Below, piece after piece: positions 62,407-64,000 of a DNA stretch of 64,000 nt (within the stretch, counting starts at the first letter, position 1; the number at the start of each line of letters is the position of its first letter). Source of the DNA: Podarcis pityusensis. Taxonomy: Eukaryota. The translations under genes were made by a program, and so were the position numbers. The stretch is from NCBI GenBank assembly GCA_964106645.2, contig OZ067040.1. One strand, 5' to 3'. The notes beneath the pieces are model-generated. The model was given only the letters and a program-made list of their open reading frames with translations, did not search any database and was not told where the DNA came from.

Positions 62407-64000
62407 ATGCTGTGGGGTGTGCGTGTGCGAGAAAGAAGTGAGTGTGTGTACACATGTGCATACTTACATGTGCATTCGTATGTATGGCAAAGTGGTTTGT
62501 GTTGTTGTTTTTTAATTTATGACTTGGCAAGTCAGGGTGCCTGTAGCAATTGCTTGTATATAGTGTCAATGCTGCAAAGCAATCTTGGCTTACAGTAGTT
62601 TATCTTACTCCATGTGAAAGAAGGAACTCCAAAGTTGTATTCTCAGGGCATGAAAAGAGGCAAGGACTGTGTATTACCTCTGCTACTTCCAAAAAAGACA
62701 ATCTTTTATCCATAATCATTTTCCAGTAATAATTTATTATGCAATTTACCATTAACAAAGCAATAGATAGAAAATATTCACAATGATAGGAAGTTTCATT
62801 ATAAGGTTGAATATAAGTGTTCATATATATATTGTCTTGTGGCCATTCTTTGTATAATTTCTTCCTGTGCATCTGTTTAGCAAATTAAAAACCAGCAACC
62901 TAAGATTGATGGGGAAGCAAAGGGGGGAATGTTACATTCCTGATTTAGAAATTAGGTTTTTGTTTTGCCAAAGGTAAATACTAGAGTTTCCTCCAGTTAG
63001 AACAGTGCTGTATAACTGAACAAAGTGGGTAGAAGTGTGAAATTGCCCCAAAATGTATGCAGCAGCCAAGAGGAAAACATCATACTGGTATAGGGATAGA
63101 AAAGAGTGATGCGGTGATTTTCTGTCTACAGTACCTCAATGTCTAAGATGAATAGGAAAGTAAAATCATCTGCCAGAAATAATGCATCAAATAGGTTTTC
63201 TAAACAAACATGTTGCATACCTTGACATTGAGAGCAATAGTATTACAAAATTATTTTTCTTCTTCTCACAAACTGTTTGTATACATATGCAAGGAATAAT
63301 ATCCCAAAGATGCTGTCTGAAAGGAGAGTATTGCTGAGATTTTTGCCAGTGAAGTACTAGGGGGGAATCTGATTCCTAGGCTCCCCGGGAAAGATGTGCC
63401 AGATCTCCCCCAACCCCATTCCCTCTGTCTACTTTCCTTGGGTAGAAGTTGCTAACAAAGTCCTTTCTTGGCATACTTTATTGGTTCCCCACCCTTTCCC
63501 TATATGACTAAAGATTTCGCTCAGTATTTGTATTAGTACGTTTTGTGGTTAATTTAATTAAAGATAAAAAGGGCATTGCAAAGTTGCTGAACAACAGTTA
63601 CCTCATTGAGTGTGTCCAGTGGTGCAGAAGATGTTGTTTTATCTAATGCTTTGCTACTTTAGAGAACAAACCAAAATGTGCAGAGGAGAAGATAGAAGGC
63701 ACATTCTTTTCTTTTTTGTAAATCTTTTTTGTTTTGCTAAGCCCAAAGATACCATGTCGGCATACAAGGTGTAGCAAAGAATACATGTATATTTATAGAT
63801 ATTTATGCCAATATACCATGTATGTATGTGTGTGCATGCGTATATTTTATACCACTTAAGTTTGTGAGACAAACCTTATAATGAAATCTTACTTGCATAG
63901 CTTGCTTCACCTTCCAAAGGTATGACTTAACAGCCTCCAGCCCATGCTACTGTGCTAAGGAAATCAGTAATTTAATCCCGAGTCTTAATCCTCCAAACCA
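62407..64000 (+). other. PRDM1: PRDM1 3' UTR (probably continues past the window)
   Basis: Follows the stop codon; no AATAAA seen; contains let-7, miR-125 and miR-9 seed matches. Confidence 0.75.

Overview
Vertebrate genomic DNA, most likely from a lacertid lizard (inferred from the Sauria/Squam SINEs and the MITE families present). The window holds one protein-coding gene, PRDM1 (Blimp-1), on the + strand: a non-coding exon 1 (~41651-41898), six coding exons (43521-62406; 767 aa; PR/SET domain plus five C2H2 zinc fingers) and a 3' UTR running off the right edge. The 41 kb upstream and the introns contain SINEs, L2/CR1 fragments, hAT and Tc1/pogo-type MITEs, a Penelope-like insertion and microsatellites. 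Three observations stand out. (1) A 246-bp insertion of an LPCAT3-like 5' UTR plus N-terminal coding sequence, with a perfect 11-bp TSD and no poly(A) tail, ending where exon 1 is expected to end. (2) Two uORFs in the PRDM1 5' leader (4 codons, and 30 codons across the exon 1-2 junction) that appear conserved with mammals, while the human-annotated start codon is not. (3) A perfect 73-bp-arm Penelope palindrome carrying a hammerhead ribozyme core in intron 2. Comparisons with human and mouse are from memory and need database confirmation. Nearly all other ORFs in the supplied track are noise.
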